DNA from: Pseudomonadota bacterium | Lineage (GTDB): Bacteria; Pseudomonadota; Alphaproteobacteria; Sphingomonadales; Sphingomonadaceae | Direction: 5' to 3' | Assembly: GCA_023418595.1 (NCBI GenBank) | Contig: JAEZZI010000030.1 | Location: 124,911-188,910, forward strand | DNA: 64,000 bases | Notes under the pieces: generated by a model | What the model was told of the DNA's origin: nothing | Seen by the model: the letters and a program-made list of their open reading frames with translations, nothing else | Database searches by the model: none | Shown here: in pieces, positions 38,988 to 49,359 of the stretch | Layout: the number at the start of each line of letters is the position of its first letter | How positions within the stretch are numbered: position 1 is the stretch's first letter | Position numbers and translations under genes: made by a program

Positions 38988-39790
38988 AGCAACCTCGGCA
39001 GTGCGATCAGGAACGCGACCACGGGCGCGACCGGCACCAGCCCGTCGAGCCGGTCGAGCACCCCGCCATGCCCCGGCAGGATCGAGCCCGAATCCTTGAC
39101 GCCGGCGCGCCGCTTCAACCCGCTTTCATAAAGGTCGCCCAGTTGCGCCAGCACCGCCAGCGCGGGCGTCGCGATGACAAAACTCATGGGGATGCCCCAG
39201 CGCATCATCACGCCGCTGTAAACCGTCGCCAGCACCACCCCGCCGATCAGCCCCGCCCAGGTCTTGTTGGGGCTTAGCGCGGGCGCGAGCTTCGGTCCGC
39301 CGATCGTCCGTCCGGCAAAGAACGCGCCGATATCGGTCGCCCAGACCAGCCCCATCGCCCACAGGGTGATGACGAACCCATTGGGCTGGTCGCGCAGCAG
39401 GATCAGCGCCAGCGCCGGCAGCCCGACATAAAGGATACCGCGCAGCAGCGACGTGCGACGCGTGACGATGACAATGAAGAATGCCGCTCCCGCAATCAGC
39501 CCCAATGCGAAAAAGCCCGGTCCGGCGGCCAGCGGCGACAATATCGCCAGCGGCACCGAAATCGCGAACATCGCCAGCCGTTTCTGCTTGGCATCGACTT
39601 CGTGCAGATCGGCCCATTCGGCCATCATCAACAGCGCGATCACCGACACCAGCACCCAGAATGCCAGTTCTCCGAACCACAGGGCGGCGGTCGCGATCGC
39701 GATCATGCCGATGCTGGCGAAAATCCGCAGCCGGACGTCCGACGCCGATTTCGGCCCGTCGCGCGGAGGAATCGGGGGGGCGTCGGTCAC
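38984..39790 (-). CDS. cdsA: phosphatidate cytidylyltransferase
   Basis: 268 aa and multi-TM. The CTP-transferase signature SGLKRRAGVKDSGSILPGHGGVLDRLD is present. Confidence 0.93.
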   Translation of the reverse strand: MTDAPPIPPRDGPKSASDVRLRIFASIGMIAIATAALWFGELAFWVLVSVIALLMMAEWADLHEVDAKQKRLAMFAISVPLAILSPLAAGPGFFALGLIAGAAFFIVIVTRRTSLLRGILYVGLPALALILLRDQPNGFVITLWAMGLVWATDIGAFFAGRTIGGPKLAPALSPNKTWAGLIGGVVLATVYSGVMMRWGIPMSFVIATPALAVLAQLGDLYESGLKRRAGVKDSGSILPGHGGVLDRLDGLVPVAPVVAFLIALPRLL

Positions 39791-40497
39791 AGCCCGCCGA
39801 ACCGGCGCTGGCGCCGCCCGTAATCGGCAATCGCGTCGCGGATCACGCCTTCATCGACATCGGGCCAGAGCGTTTCGATGAACATCAGTTCGGCATAGGC
39901 CGCCTGCCACAGCAGGAAATTGGACAACCGCACTTCGCCCGAAGTGCGGATCATCAGGTCGAGCGGCGGCAAGTCGCGCGTTGTCAGTTCGCGCTCGATC
40001 GCGGCTTCGTCGATCGCGTCGGCGGTCATGCTGCCATCGGCGACCTTTGCCGCCAGCGCGCGCGCCGCCCCGACCAGTTCGGCCTGCGCACCGTAATTGA
40101 GCGCGATCACCAGGATCGGCCCGGTGTTGCCCGCGGTCCTAGCAATCGCGTCGTCGATCATCGCGACGATGTCGGATTTGAGCACCCGGTAATCGCCGAT
40201 CACCCGCAACCGCACATTCTCGGCGATCAGGTCGTTGACCTCCGACGACAGGAAATGCCGCAGCAGCCCCATCAGATCGGTGACTTCATCCTCGGGACGC
40301 CGCCAGTTCTCCGACGAAAAGGCGTAAAGCGTCAGCACCTCGATCCCCAGGTCGCGCGCCGCGCGCGTCGCCTTGCGAACCGCCTCGACGCCCTTTTTGT
40401 GCCCGGCAATGCGCGGCAGTCGCCGGGCCTCTGCCCAGCGTCCATTGCCGTCCATGATGATGGCGACGTGGCGCGGGATGGTGCCGGGTTCGGTCAT
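39787..40497 (-). CDS. uppS: undecaprenyl-diphosphate synthase
   Basis: Tracked ORF 39787..40524 starts at TTG. I prefer ATG 40497 (MTEPGTIPRHVAIIMDGNGRWA). Motifs are DGNGRWA and ENWRRP. Confidence 0.92.
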   Translation of the reverse strand: MTEPGTIPRHVAIIMDGNGRWAEARRLPRIAGHKKGVEAVRKATRAARDLGIEVLTLYAFSSENWRRPEDEVTDLMGLLRHFLSSEVNDLIAENVRLRVIGDYRVLKSDIVAMIDDAIARTAGNTGPILVIALNYGAQAELVGAARALAAKVADGSMTADAIDEAAIERELTTRDLPPLDLMIRTSGEVRLSNFLLWQAAYAELMFIETLWPDVDEGVIRDAIADYGRRQRRFGGL

Positions 40498-40531
40498 GGT
40501 GAGAGGCTCGCTCGCCACGCTCAACCTACTT

Positions 40532-40615
40532 CGTTCGCACTGAGCTTGTCGAAGTGCTGTCCTTCTTCTGCTTGGTGGAAGAAGAACAGTGCTTCGACAG
40601 GCTCAGCACGAACGG
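40532..40615. repeat. palindromic intergenic element, family B copy 2
   Basis: Arms are CGTTCGCACTGAGCTTGTCGAAGTGCTGTCCTTCTTC ... GAAGAACAGTGCTTCGACAGGCTCAGCACGAACGG. It lies between frr and uppS. Confidence 0.9.
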
Positions 40616-40636
40616 GGAAATGGGATTGCCCCGAAA

Positions 40637-41194
40637 TCACTGACCCAGGATTTCCTTTTCCTTCGACGCCGCCGCCGCATCGATATCGGCGATGGTCGAA
40701 TCGGTCAGCTTCTGGACTTCGGTTTCGAGGCGCTTGCGCTCGTCCTCCGAAATCTCGCCCTTCTTCTCGTCGGTCTTCAGGCTGTCCATCCCGTCGCGGC
40801 GGACGTTCCGCGCGGCGACGCGGGCTTTTTCTGCATATTGCCCGGCGAGCTTCGCCAGTTCCTTGCGGCGTTCCTCGGTCAGGTCGGGGATCGGCAGGCG
40901 GATATTCTGCCCGTCGACGATCGGGTTCAGCCCCAGCCCAGCGGAGCGGATCGCCTTGTCCACTAGGCCGACATTCGATTTGTCCCACACCTGCACCGAC
41001 AGCATCCGCGGTTCGGGCGCCGACACCGTCGCGACCTGGTTCAGCGGCATGTTTGCGCCGTAAACCTCGACCGTCACGGGATCGAGCAAGGTCACCGACG
41101 CGCGCCCGGTGCGAAGTCCGCCCAGATCGCCCTTCAGCGATTCGACGGCACCGGCCATGCGGCGTTCGAGATCGGCCTTGTCATAAGCGGCCAT
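40637..41194 (-). CDS. frr: ribosome recycling factor
   Basis: 185 aa. Typical RRF strings are [23 protein letters not shown] and [16 protein letters not shown]. Confidence 0.96.
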   Translation of the reverse strand: MAAYDKADLERRMAGAVESLKGDLGGLRTGRASVTLLDPVTVEVYGANMPLNQVATVSAPEPRMLSVQVWDKSNVGLVDKAIRSAGLGLNPIVDGQNIRLPIPDLTEERRKELAKLAGQYAEKARVAARNVRRDGMDSLKTDEKKGEISEDERKRLETEVQKLTDSTIADIDAAAASKEKEILGQ

Positions 41195-41222
41195 GATGAA
41201 ATCCTCTCTTCAAGTCTGAAAT

Positions 41223-41945
41223 TTATGCGTCGTTCCGCACGATCGTCGAAGTGCCTTCGCCGCGCAGGACCGCGGTCAGATTGCCTTCGTCGCGAATATT
41301 GAACACCACGATCGGAATGTCGTTGTCGCGGCACAAGGCAACCGCGCTCGCGTCCATCACCTTCAGATCGTCGGCGAGCACCCGGTTGAAGCTCAATTCG
41401 TCGTATCGGGTGGCGGTTGGCACCTTTTTCGGATCGGCGTCGTACACGCCATCGACGCTGGTACCCTTGAACAGCGCGTCGCAATTCATCTCCGCCGCGC
41501 GCAGCGCCGCCGTGGTGTCGGTGGTGAAGAACGGCAGGCCGGTGCCCGCCGCGAACAGCACCACCCGACCCTTCTGCATGTGCCGCTCGGCCCTGCGCCG
41601 GATATAGGGTTCGCAGACGCTCGCCATCGGGATCGCCGACTGGACGCGGGTCTCGACGCCTATCTTTTCCAGCGCGTTCTGCATCGCGAGCGCATTCATC
41701 ACGGTCGCGAGCATCCCCATATAATCCGCGCTCGCCCGGTCGAAACCCTGGGCCGCCCCGGCAAGTCCGCGAAAGATGTTGCCACCGCCGACGACCATGC
41801 AGATCTCCAGCCCCGCTTCCTTTGCCGCCTTCACCTCGCCCGCGACGCGTTCGCAGGTGGCGGGGTCGATACCGAACTGGCCCGATCCCATCAGGACCTC
41901 GCCCGACAGTTTCAGAAGGATGCGCTTGAATTTGGAGGCGGGCAT
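41223..41945 (-). CDS. pyrH: UMP kinase
   Basis: 240 aa. Contains [22 protein letters not shown] and [10 protein letters not shown]. Confidence 0.96.
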   Translation of the reverse strand: MPASKFKRILLKLSGEVLMGSGQFGIDPATCERVAGEVKAAKEAGLEICMVVGGGNIFRGLAGAAQGFDRASADYMGMLATVMNALAMQNALEKIGVETRVQSAIPMASVCEPYIRRRAERHMQKGRVVLFAAGTGLPFFTTDTTAALRAAEMNCDALFKGTSVDGVYDADPKKVPTATRYDELSFNRVLADDLKVMDASAVALCRDNDIPIVVFNIRDEGNLTAVLRGEGTSTIVRNDA

Positions 41946-42052
41946 GGAGTCACTTGTGTTGCAGGCGGGGGATAAGGCGCGCGGACCTTAGAAGCGGCGC
42001 GCGGCGATGCCAAGCGGGGATGCGCGCGATTCCCTCCCCTCTCTCCTCCAAA

Positions 42053-42135
42053 CCGTCGCCCCAGCGAAAGCTGGGGCATCAAGCCGCAAGAATGATGCAT
42101 TCGGCACGATATCCCAGCTTTTGCCGGGATGACGG
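42053..42135. repeat. palindromic intergenic element, family D copy 3
   Basis: CCGTCGCCCCAGCGAAAGCTGGGGCATC ... ATCCCAGCTTTTGCCGGGATGACGG. It lies between tsf and pyrH and is close in sequence to 58901-58983. Confidence 0.85.
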
Positions 42136-42223
42136 ATACTCCCTGAGGCGAACAGCGCGTCAACAAAAAGGGCGACCCCGCAGAGCCGCCCTTTCCTGTC
42201 TCACGAACCAATCCGAACCCGGA

Positions 42224-43153
42224 TCAGTTCTTGATCCCTGCGGTCGCCGCCACTTCGGCTGCGAAATCGCTTTCTTCCTTCTCGATGCCTTCGCCGAGCT
42301 GGAAGCGGACATAGTCCTTGAGCACGATTGAAGTGCCCGCGTCCTTCGCCGCCTTCGCAACGACGTCGGCGACCGGGGTCTTGCCGTCCATCACGATCGG
42401 CTGGCTGAGCAGCGCGTTTTCCTTAGCGAATTTCTTCACCGAACCCTCGACCATCTTGGCGATGATGTCGGCGGGCTTGCCGCTCTCGGCTGCCTTTTCG
42501 GTCGCGATCTGGCGCTCGCGCTCCAGCACGTCCTGGTCGAGCCCGGTTTCATCGAGCGCCAGCGGGAAGGCCGCGGCAATGTGCATCGCCAGCTGCTTGC
42601 CGAGCGGTTCGAGCACATCGACGCCCGCATCCGATTCGAGCGCGACGAGCACGCCGATCTTGCCGAGGCCCGGCGATGCCGCGTTGTGGACATAGGGGAT
42701 CACCGCACCCTTCGACACTTCGAGGCGCTTTGCGCGGCGCAGCGACTGGTTTTCACCGATCGTCGCGACATTGTTGGTCAGCGCTTCCTCGACGGTCTTG
42801 CCCGACGGCATCGCCTTGCCCTTGAGCGCTTCGATATCGTCGCCCGATTCGAGCGCGATCGCGGTCACGTCGCGGACGAACGACTGGAACTGGTCGTTCT
42901 TGGCGACGAAATCGGTTTCGGAGTTCACCTCGACCGCCGCACCCTTGGTGCCGGCGACGGCGACGCCGACCAGCCCTTCGGCGGCGGTGCGGCTCGACTT
43001 CTTCTGCGCGGCCGCCAAGCCCTTGGTGCGCAGCCAGTCCATCGCCGCTTCCATGTCGCCGCCATTTTCGGTCAGCGCCTTCTTGCAATCCATCATGCCG
43101 GCGCCCGAACGCTCGCGCAGTTCCTTCACCGCTGCTGCCGTGATCTCGGCCAT
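42224..43153 (-). CDS. tsf: translation elongation factor Ts
   Basis: Tracked ORF 42224..43159 starts at TTG. ATG 43153 gives the canonical [27 protein letters not shown]. Confidence 0.96.
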   Translation of the reverse strand: MAEITAAAVKELRERSGAGMMDCKKALTENGGDMEAAMDWLRTKGLAAAQKKSSRTAAEGLVGVAVAGTKGAAVEVNSETDFVAKNDQFQSFVRDVTAIALESGDDIEALKGKAMPSGKTVEEALTNNVATIGENQSLRRAKRLEVSKGAVIPYVHNAASPGLGKIGVLVALESDAGVDVLEPLGKQLAMHIAAAFPLALDETGLDQDVLERERQIATEKAAESGKPADIIAKMVEGSVKKFAKENALLSQPIVMDGKTPVADVVAKAAKDAGTSIVLKDYVRFQLGEGIEKEESDFAAEVAATAGIKN

Positions 43154-43208
43154 GTTCAATTCCTTCGCTTGTAGAGCCGGTGAGGCTCGAAACCTTGAAT
43201 GTATAAAA

Positions 43209-43293
43209 CCGTTCGCCCTGAGCCTGTCGAAGAGCTGTCCTTCTTCTTCGTTACAAGAGAAGGACAGTGCTTCGACAAGCTCAGCACGAACGG
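43209..43293. repeat. palindromic intergenic element, family B copy 3
   Basis: Arms are CCGTTCGCCCTGAGCCTGTCGAAGAGCTGTCCTTCTTC ... GAGAAGGACAGTGCTTCGACAAGCTCAGCACGAACGG. It lies between rpsB and tsf. Confidence 0.9.
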
Positions 43294-43328
43294 TTGATGG
43301 GCTTGTCGAAGCCCGGAGCTACGGCGCC

Positions 43329-44198
43329 TTACGCGTCGATCTGACGCTCGCCTTCGGCTGCCGTTTCCGGTTCGTTCGATGCAGCGGGTGCTTCCGGCTC
43401 GGCGGCAGCGGGTGCTGCTTTCGCTTCGGCGGCGGGCGCTTCCGGCTCGCTCAGCGCTTCTTCCTTCGGCGGCTCGACCATCGCGCCGATGTCCTTGCCG
43501 GACTTCTGCATGGCTTCCTGGCCACCGCGGGTCGCGGCGATCGCCACGGCTTCGCAATACAGGCGGATCGCGCGCGCCGCGTCGTCATTCGCCGGAACCG
43601 GGAATGCGATGCCGTCGGGCGAGACGTTCGAATCGAGGATCGCGACGACGGGAATGCCCAGTGTGTTGGCTTCCTTGATCGCCAGTTCCTCCTTGTTCGC
43701 ATCGATCACGAACATGATGTCGGGAATGCCGTTCAGGTCGCGGATACCGCCCAGCGACAGCTCGAGCTTGTCGCGCTCGCGGGTCAGGTTCAGCACTTCC
43801 TTCTTGGTCAGGCCGTGCGTGTCGCCCGAAAGCTGCTCTTCCAGCGTCTTCAGGCGCTTGATCGAACCCGAAATCGTCTTCCAGTTTGTGAGCATCCCGC
43901 CCAGCCAGCGATGGTTGACGAAATGCTGGCCCGAACGACGCGCTGCTTCCGCGATCGGTTCCTGCGCCTGGCGCTTGGTGCCGACGAACAGCACCTTGCC
44001 GCCCGATGCGACCGACGAGCTGATGAATTCCAGCGCGCGCGCAAACAGCGGCACGGTCTGCGACAGGTCGATAATGTGGACGCCGTTGCGATCGCCAAAG
44101 ATGTACGGCTTCATCTTCGGGTTCCAGCGGTGCGTCTGGTGGCCGAAATGAGCGCCAGCTTCGAGCAGCTGGTGCATGGAGACGACGGGTGCCGCCAT
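43329..44198 (-). CDS. rpsB: 30S ribosomal protein S2 (with Pro/Ala/Glu-rich C-terminal tail)
   Basis: Inner start [29 protein letters not shown] of tracked ORF 43329..44348. The C-terminus is ...[48 protein letters not shown]. Confidence 0.95.
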   Translation of the reverse strand: MAAPVVSMHQLLEAGAHFGHQTHRWNPKMKPYIFGDRNGVHIIDLSQTVPLFARALEFISSSVASGGKVLFVGTKRQAQEPIAEAARRSGQHFVNHRWLGGMLTNWKTISGSIKRLKTLEEQLSGDTHGLTKKEVLNLTRERDKLELSLGGIRDLNGIPDIMFVIDANKEELAIKEANTLGIPVVAILDSNVSPDGIAFPVPANDDAARAIRLYCEAVAIAATRGGQEAMQKSGKDIGAMVEPPKEEALSEPEAPAAEAKAAPAAAEPEAPAASNEPETAAEGERQIDA

Positions 44199-44309
44199 AG
44201 GATCAATTCCTTTTCCGGTTATTCCTCTGGGAAGCGGGAACCGGAAACGGGCTTCGAAAGCCCTGTCCGGCACCGGTCTATGTGCTTCCCATGCGGGGTT
44301 GAGGGCGCG

Positions 44310-44338
44310 CCAATAGCCGAGCGCGCCTGTGAAATCAA
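44310..44338 (-). promoter_or_regulatory. candidate sigma70-type promoter for rpsB-tsf
   Basis: The minus strand reads TTGATT, then 17 nt, then TATTGG, about 110 nt upstream of the rpsB ATG. This is pattern matching only. Confidence 0.3.
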
Positions 44339-44444
44339 CCGTTGACATGCGGAACGAATATGGAACATACCATGTTCAACAGCAGTTTGTGGAACCAGAT
44401 GGTTACCGGACTGTTACCGGCCCGACTCTCCGGGGCGGGAATCG

Positions 44445-44684
44445 ATGGAGCCGAACATGGCAGTCACGGTCGCAATTCTGGTTTTCGCAGGCGCATTGGC
44501 CTTCACGCTGTGGACAATCCACGCCACGCTTTCCGAAAAGAGTGCCGTCATCGTCGCGCTGTTGCGCGGCCAGCCCGACCCCCGTTTCGTGATGCAATCG
44601 GTGCCGCGTGTCAGCCTTCGCCCGTCCCCGGTTCGGGTGCGGCACGCGACACCGCAGGCGAAGCACTGGCGCGCTGCCGCTTGA
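44445..44684 (+). CDS. hypothetical small membrane protein (79 aa)
   Basis: Tracked ORF with one hydrophobic helix (VTVAILVFAGALAFTLWTI) and fairly GC-rich third positions. Its last 74 nt overlap the 3' end of convergent pssA, which weakens the call. Confidence 0.3.
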   Translation: MEPNMAVTVAILVFAGALAFTLWTIHATLSEKSAVIVALLRGQPDPRFVMQSVPRVSLRPSPVRVRHATPQAKHWRAAA

Positions 44685-45414
44685 TCCGGCCATAGGAGCG
44701 GATCGAGAACGGAATCGACAGCAGGTACAGGATCGCGATGACCGTCAGCGCGGGCCAGGGCGCGGAAATCACCGCCGCCGCGATCGCCGCGACGATCACG
44801 ATCGCCTCGAACCGAATATTCTGACGAAGTTTGAGCGAGGATGGCGAGTATGTGGCGATGCTCGACACCAGCAGAATGGCGCATAGCAGCAGCCACGGAC
44901 CGACCAGATAGGGCGACTGGAAAATCGGCTCGCCGGTCCAGATCCACAGATACAGCGGCAAAAACGCCAGAATTGCGCCAGCCGGTGCCGGAACGCCCGT
45001 CAAAAATCCGGCCGATTTATGGGGCTGATCGGCCAGATCGATCCGTGCGTTGAACCGGGCGAGACGAAGCGCGGCAAATACCGCATAGACGAGCGCGATC
45101 GCCCACCCCCAGCGCGGCACGGTGACCAGCGACCAGAGATAGATGATGAGTGCGGGCGCGACGCCGAATGCAAGGCTGTCCGACAGCGAATCGAGTTCGG
45201 CGCCGAACTTGCTCTCGCCGCGCAATGCCCGCGCGACGCGACCATCCAGGCCATCGAGCAGCCCCGCGATCAGGATCATGACGATCGATCGTTCCCACTC
45301 GCCCGAAATCGCGAAGCGGATTCCCGACAGGCCGAAACACATTGCCGCCGCGGTGATCGCGTTGGGGGCAAGCGCCCGCAATGGGATGCCGCGGGGCTGA
45401 CGGGGTGCGCGCAT
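44611..45414 (-). CDS. pssA: CDP-diacylglycerol--serine O-phosphatidyltransferase
   Basis: 267 aa. The CDP-alcohol phosphatidyltransferase motif DGLDGRVARALRGESKFGAELDSLSDSLAFG is present. The ATG overlaps the psd stop (TAATG). Confidence 0.92.
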   Translation of the reverse strand: MRAPRQPRGIPLRALAPNAITAAAMCFGLSGIRFAISGEWERSIVMILIAGLLDGLDGRVARALRGESKFGAELDSLSDSLAFGVAPALIIYLWSLVTVPRWGWAIALVYAVFAALRLARFNARIDLADQPHKSAGFLTGVPAPAGAILAFLPLYLWIWTGEPIFQSPYLVGPWLLLCAILLVSSIATYSPSSLKLRQNIRFEAIVIVAAIAAAVISAPWPALTVIAILYLLSIPFSIRSYGRIKRQRASASPAVSRAAPEPGTGEG

Positions 45415-46145
45415 TATTGCGCGACGCCGGTCGCGGGCGTGCCGCCACGCTTGCCGATCACGGTTTCGCCCGCAATCGCGCGCTGGCCGAGCGCCACCTG
45501 CGGCGCGACATCATCGGGCAGCCAAACATCGACGCGGCTGCCGAAACGGATCAGGCCGAAACGCTGGCCCGCGACCACCATGTCGCCCGGCTTCACGAAG
45601 GTCAGAATGCGCCGCGCGAGCAGGCCTGCGATCTGCGTGACACCGATCCGCTCGCCGCGAACCCCCTCGATCACCATATGCTGACGCTCGTTTTCCTCGC
45701 TCGCCTTGTCGAGTTCGGCGTTCAGGAACTTGCCCGAAATATAGACGACATCGCGCACGGTCCCGGGGATCGGCGCGCGGTTGATATGAACGTCGAACAC
45801 CGACATGAAGATCGACACGCGGACCAGCGGCTTGCTGCCCAGCGCATTGTCGCCCGCCAGTTCGGGCGGCAGCGGCACCCGCTCGATCATCGACACCAGC
45901 CCGTCGGCAGGCGATACGATCAGATCGTCGCCCTGCGGCGTGGTCCGCACCGGATCGCGAAAGAACGCCGCGACCCACAGGGTGAAACCGGCCAGCGGCC
46001 ATGCGACGAACCATCCGCCCAGCCACAGGCCGAGCAGCGTTACTGCGCCGGAAATCGCCAGATATTTGCGTCCTTCGGGATGGACGCTCGGGAAACGCCA
46101 CTTTGCGGTCACGGTGCCGACCGGCGGCTTTTCGAGTGATGTCAT
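45414..46145 (-). CDS. psd: phosphatidylserine decarboxylase proenzyme
   Basis: Inner start [11 protein letters not shown] of tracked ORF 45414..46181. Contains FFRDP.R, SPADG, the VHINRAP motif and a self-cleavage-type FGSRVDVW near the C-terminus. Confidence 0.92.
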   Translation of the reverse strand: MTSLEKPPVGTVTAKWRFPSVHPEGRKYLAISGAVTLLGLWLGGWFVAWPLAGFTLWVAAFFRDPVRTTPQGDDLIVSPADGLVSMIERVPLPPELAGDNALGSKPLVRVSIFMSVFDVHINRAPIPGTVRDVVYISGKFLNAELDKASEENERQHMVIEGVRGERIGVTQIAGLLARRILTFVKPGDMVVAGQRFGLIRFGSRVDVWLPDDVAPQVALGQRAIAGETVIGKRGGTPATGVAQ

Positions 46146-46292
46146 GTGGGCGGGTCTAACTACCGGGTTCCCGCAATACAATGCCGCTTAGGTCGAAGCG
46201 TTCCTTTGCCGGCAGGGCCACGCCGGTTGATCCCGGCCCCGCCTGCCCCTAGGACGCGTGCCAAACCTCCCTCAGAAGCAAGCGAGAGATAG

Positions 46293-47513
46293 ATGGCGAA
46301 GATCAAGGTGAAGAATCCGGTCGTCGAGATCGACGGCGACGAAATGACCCGGATCATCTGGGAATGGATCCGCGAACGGCTGATCCTCCCCTATCTCGAC
46401 ATCGACCTCAAATACTACGATCTCGGCGTCGAAAAGCGCGACGAAACCAACGACCAGATCACGATCGACAGCGCCAACGCGATTCGCGAACACGGCGTCG
46501 GCGTGAAGTGCGCGACCATCACCCCCGACGAGGCGAGGGTCGAGGAATTCGGCCTGAAAAAGATGTGGCGCTCGCCCAACGGCACGATCCGCAACATTCT
46601 GGGCGGCGTCGTCTTCCGCGAACCGATCGTCATCAACAACGTGCCGCGCCTGATCCCCGGCTGGACCAAGCCGATCGTCGTCGGCCGTCACGCCTTCGGC
46701 GATCAATATAAGGCGACCGATTTCAAGGTCCCCGGCGCGGGCAAGCTGACCATGAAATGGGAAGGCGAAAATGGCGAGACGATCGAACATGAAGTGTTCG
46801 ATTTCCCCGCTGCCGGCGTCGCGATGGGCATGTACAATCTCGACGAATCGATCCGCGATTTCGCGCGCGCATCGATGAATTACGGTCTCAACCGCAACTG
46901 GCCGGTCTATCTCTCGACCAAGAACACGATCCTCAAAGCCTATGATGGCCGTTTCAAGGACATCTTCCAGGAGGTCTTCGAAACCGAGTTCGCTGCCCGG
47001 TTCAAGGATGCGGGCATCGTCTACGAACATCGCCTGATCGACGACATGGTCGCATCCGCGCTCAAATGGCATGGCGAATTCGTCTGGGCCTGCAAGAATT
47101 ACGACGGCGACGTGCAGTCGGATCAGGTCGCACAGGGCTTCGGTTCGCTCGGCCTGATGACTTCGGTGCTGATGACGCCCGACGGCAAGACGGTCGAGGC
47201 CGAAGCCGCGCACGGCACCGTCACCCGCCACTATCGCCAGCATCAGCAGGGCAAGGCGACCTCGACCAACCCGATCGCGTCGATCTTCGCCTGGACCGGC
47301 GGCCTGAAATACCGCGGCAAGTTCGACGAAACGCCCGAAGTCGTGCGTTTTGCCGAAACGCTGGAAGCGGTCTGCGTCAAGACCGTCGAGAGCGGCGCGA
47401 TGACCAAGGATCTCGCGATCCTGATCGGCCCGGATCAGCCCTGGATGACCACGGAGCAATTCTTCGAAGCGATCCGCGTCAACCTCGAAAAGGAAATGGG
47501 CAGCTGGCAATAA
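46293..47513 (+). CDS. icd: NADP-dependent isocitrate dehydrogenase (dimeric, eukaryote-like subfamily)
   Basis: 406 aa, [23 protein letters not shown].... Contains [16 protein letters not shown] and DGDVQSD strings. Confidence 0.95.
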   Translation: MAKIKVKNPVVEIDGDEMTRIIWEWIRERLILPYLDIDLKYYDLGVEKRDETNDQITIDSANAIREHGVGVKCATITPDEARVEEFGLKKMWRSPNGTIRNILGGVVFREPIVINNVPRLIPGWTKPIVVGRHAFGDQYKATDFKVPGAGKLTMKWEGENGETIEHEVFDFPAAGVAMGMYNLDESIRDFARASMNYGLNRNWPVYLSTKNTILKAYDGRFKDIFQEVFETEFAARFKDAGIVYEHRLIDDMVASALKWHGEFVWACKNYDGDVQSDQVAQGFGSLGLMTSVLMTPDGKTVEAEAAHGTVTRHYRQHQQGKATSTNPIASIFAWTGGLKYRGKFDETPEVVRFAETLEAVCVKTVESGAMTKDLAILIGPDQPWMTTEQFFEAIRVNLEKEMGSWQ

Positions 47514-47534
47514 GCCATTCGCTCAACGCGCAAG

Positions 47535-47575
47535 AAAGCCGCCGTAAGCACCTGCTTTCGGCGGCTTTTTCTTTG
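47535..47575 (+). terminator. rho-independent terminator after icd
   Basis: AAAGCCGCCG (47535-47544) pairs with CGGCGGCTTT (47559-47568). It is followed by TTTTTCTTT. Confidence 0.7.
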
Positions 47576-47609
47576 GCTTTGCACTTGGCTGCGGCGCGTT
47601 GCCGCGCCG

Positions 47610-47657
47610 AATAAATCGGGTGAACGCGCCCCGCGCGTTCACTTTTACCGATTTATT
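47610..47657 (-). terminator. long hairpin at the guaA 3' end (candidate terminator, possibly bidirectional)
   Basis: Inner stem is GTGAACGCGC/GCGCGTTCAC (47620-47642). Outer arms are AATAAATCGG and CCGATTTATT. The outer right arm overlaps the guaA stop codon. Confidence 0.5.
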
Positions 47658-49209
47658 CCCACTCGATCGTCCCCGGCGGCTTCGACGTGTAGTCATAGGT
47701 CACGCGGTTGACGCCACGCACTTCGTTGACGATCCGCGTCGCCACCCGTGGCAGGAAATCGCCCGGAAAGCCGAATACTTCCGCGGTCATGCCGTCGGTC
47801 GAGGTCACCGCACGCAGCGCGAGCACGCTGTCATAGGTGCGCCCGTCGCCCATCACCCCGACGCTGCGCACCGGCAACAGCACCGCGAATGCCTGCCAGA
47901 TCGCATCATACAGTCCGGCATTCCTGATTTCTTCCAGATAGATGGCGTCGGCTTTTCGCAGGATGTCGCAGCGTTCCTTGGTCACCTCACCCGGAATGCG
48001 GATCGCAAGGCCCGGTCCCGGAAACGGATGTCGTCCGACGAAAATCTCCGGTAGGCCCAGTTCACGGCCCAGCGCGCGGACCTCGTCCTTGAACAATTCG
48101 CGCAAGGGTTCGACCAGCGCCATGTTCATGCGCTCGGGCAGGCCGCCGACATTATGGTGGCTCTTGATCGTCACGCTCGGCCCGCCGGTGAAGCTGACGC
48201 TTTCGATCACGTCCGGGTAGAGCGTACCCTGCGCGAGGAAGGCTGCGCCGCCGATCTTTTTGGCTTCGTCCTCGAACACATCGATGAAGGTCTTGCCGAT
48301 GAATTTCCGTTTGGCTTCGGGATCGGTCAGCCCGGCCAGACCATTGAGGAACAGCGTCTCGGCGTTCACATGGACGAGCGGGATGTTATACGCGCCGCGG
48401 AACAGGCTGACGACCTGATCGGCCTCGCCTGCCCGCATCAATCCGTGATCGACGAACACGCAGGTCAGCTGGTCGCCGATCGCTTCGTGGATCAGCACCG
48501 CGGCGACTGCCGAATCGACCCCGCCGGACAGGCCGCAAATGACCTTGCCGTCGCCCACCTGCGCGCGGATTTCGGCAATCTTGGCGTCGCGAAACTCGGC
48601 CATCGTCCAGTCGCCCGCCAGCCCGCAGACGTGCCGCGCGAAATTGGCGATCAGCCGCCCGCCATCGGGGGTGTGGACGACCTCGGGGTGGAACTGCATC
48701 GCATAATAGCGCTTCGCATCGTTCGCGATCACCGCATAGGGCGCGCCGGGGCTTGACGCGACCGGGCGGAACCCGTCGGCCAGCGCGGTCACCTTGTCGC
48801 CGTGGCTCATCCAGACCTGGTGTGTCTCGCCTTCGTGCCACATGCCGTCGAACAGCTCGCAGCCATCGGCGATCTCGATAAAGGCGCGGCCAAATTCGCC
48901 CGAATCGCCCAGCGTCACCTGGCCGCCCAGCTGGTGCATCATCACCTGCTGCCCGTAACAGATGCCCAGCACCGGCAACCCACTGTCAAAGATCACATCA
49001 GGCACCCGCGGCGACCCTTCGTCCAGCACCGATGCGGGGCTACCCGACAGGATGACACCCGCAGGCTTCAGCCGCTCGAACGCCTCGGCCGCGGTGGTAA
49101 ACGGCGCAATCTCGGAATAGACCCCCGCCTCGCGCACGCGGCGCGCGATCAGCTGGGTTACCTGGCTGCCGAAATCGACGATGAGGATGTTCTGCGTGGG
49201 GCTGTCCAT
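47653..49209 (-). CDS. guaA: GMP synthase (glutamine-hydrolysing)
   Basis: Tracked ORF 47653..49227 starts at GTG; I prefer ATG 49209 ([16 protein letters not shown]). Contains GATase ICYGQQ, the ATP-PPase P-loop [12 protein letters not shown] and the C-terminal KPPGTIEWE. Confidence 0.96.
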   Translation of the reverse strand: MDSPTQNILIVDFGSQVTQLIARRVREAGVYSEIAPFTTAAEAFERLKPAGVILSGSPASVLDEGSPRVPDVIFDSGLPVLGICYGQQVMMHQLGGQVTLGDSGEFGRAFIEIADGCELFDGMWHEGETHQVWMSHGDKVTALADGFRPVASSPGAPYAVIANDAKRYYAMQFHPEVVHTPDGGRLIANFARHVCGLAGDWTMAEFRDAKIAEIRAQVGDGKVICGLSGGVDSAVAAVLIHEAIGDQLTCVFVDHGLMRAGEADQVVSLFRGAYNIPLVHVNAETLFLNGLAGLTDPEAKRKFIGKTFIDVFEDEAKKIGGAAFLAQGTLYPDVIESVSFTGGPSVTIKSHHNVGGLPERMNMALVEPLRELFKDEVRALGRELGLPEIFVGRHPFPGPGLAIRIPGEVTKERCDILRKADAIYLEEIRNAGLYDAIWQAFAVLLPVRSVGVMGDGRTYDSVLALRAVTSTDGMTAEVFGFPGDFLPRVATRIVNEVRGVNRVTYDYTSKPPGTIEWE

Positions 49210-49359
49210 GCGCGCCCGCTTAGCCACAAGCGTGCCTTGGGGAAAGGCTTGATGGCTCTCGACACACCGGACAATGTGCTTCCGCGCAGGCGGGAGCCCG
49301 GCGTGCGCAGTGCTGGCACCACGCCCCCGGACTTCTGTCTTTGCGGGGGTAAGAATCCG

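Noticed and set aside
42771-44345. 524-aa ORF on the plus strand
   Set aside because: It is antisense to tsf and rpsB, and it also reads through repeat B3. It is not a gene.
46272-47510. 412-aa ORF on the minus strand
   Set aside because: It is antisense to icd. It has no recognisable motifs and is a shadow ORF of a GC-rich gene.
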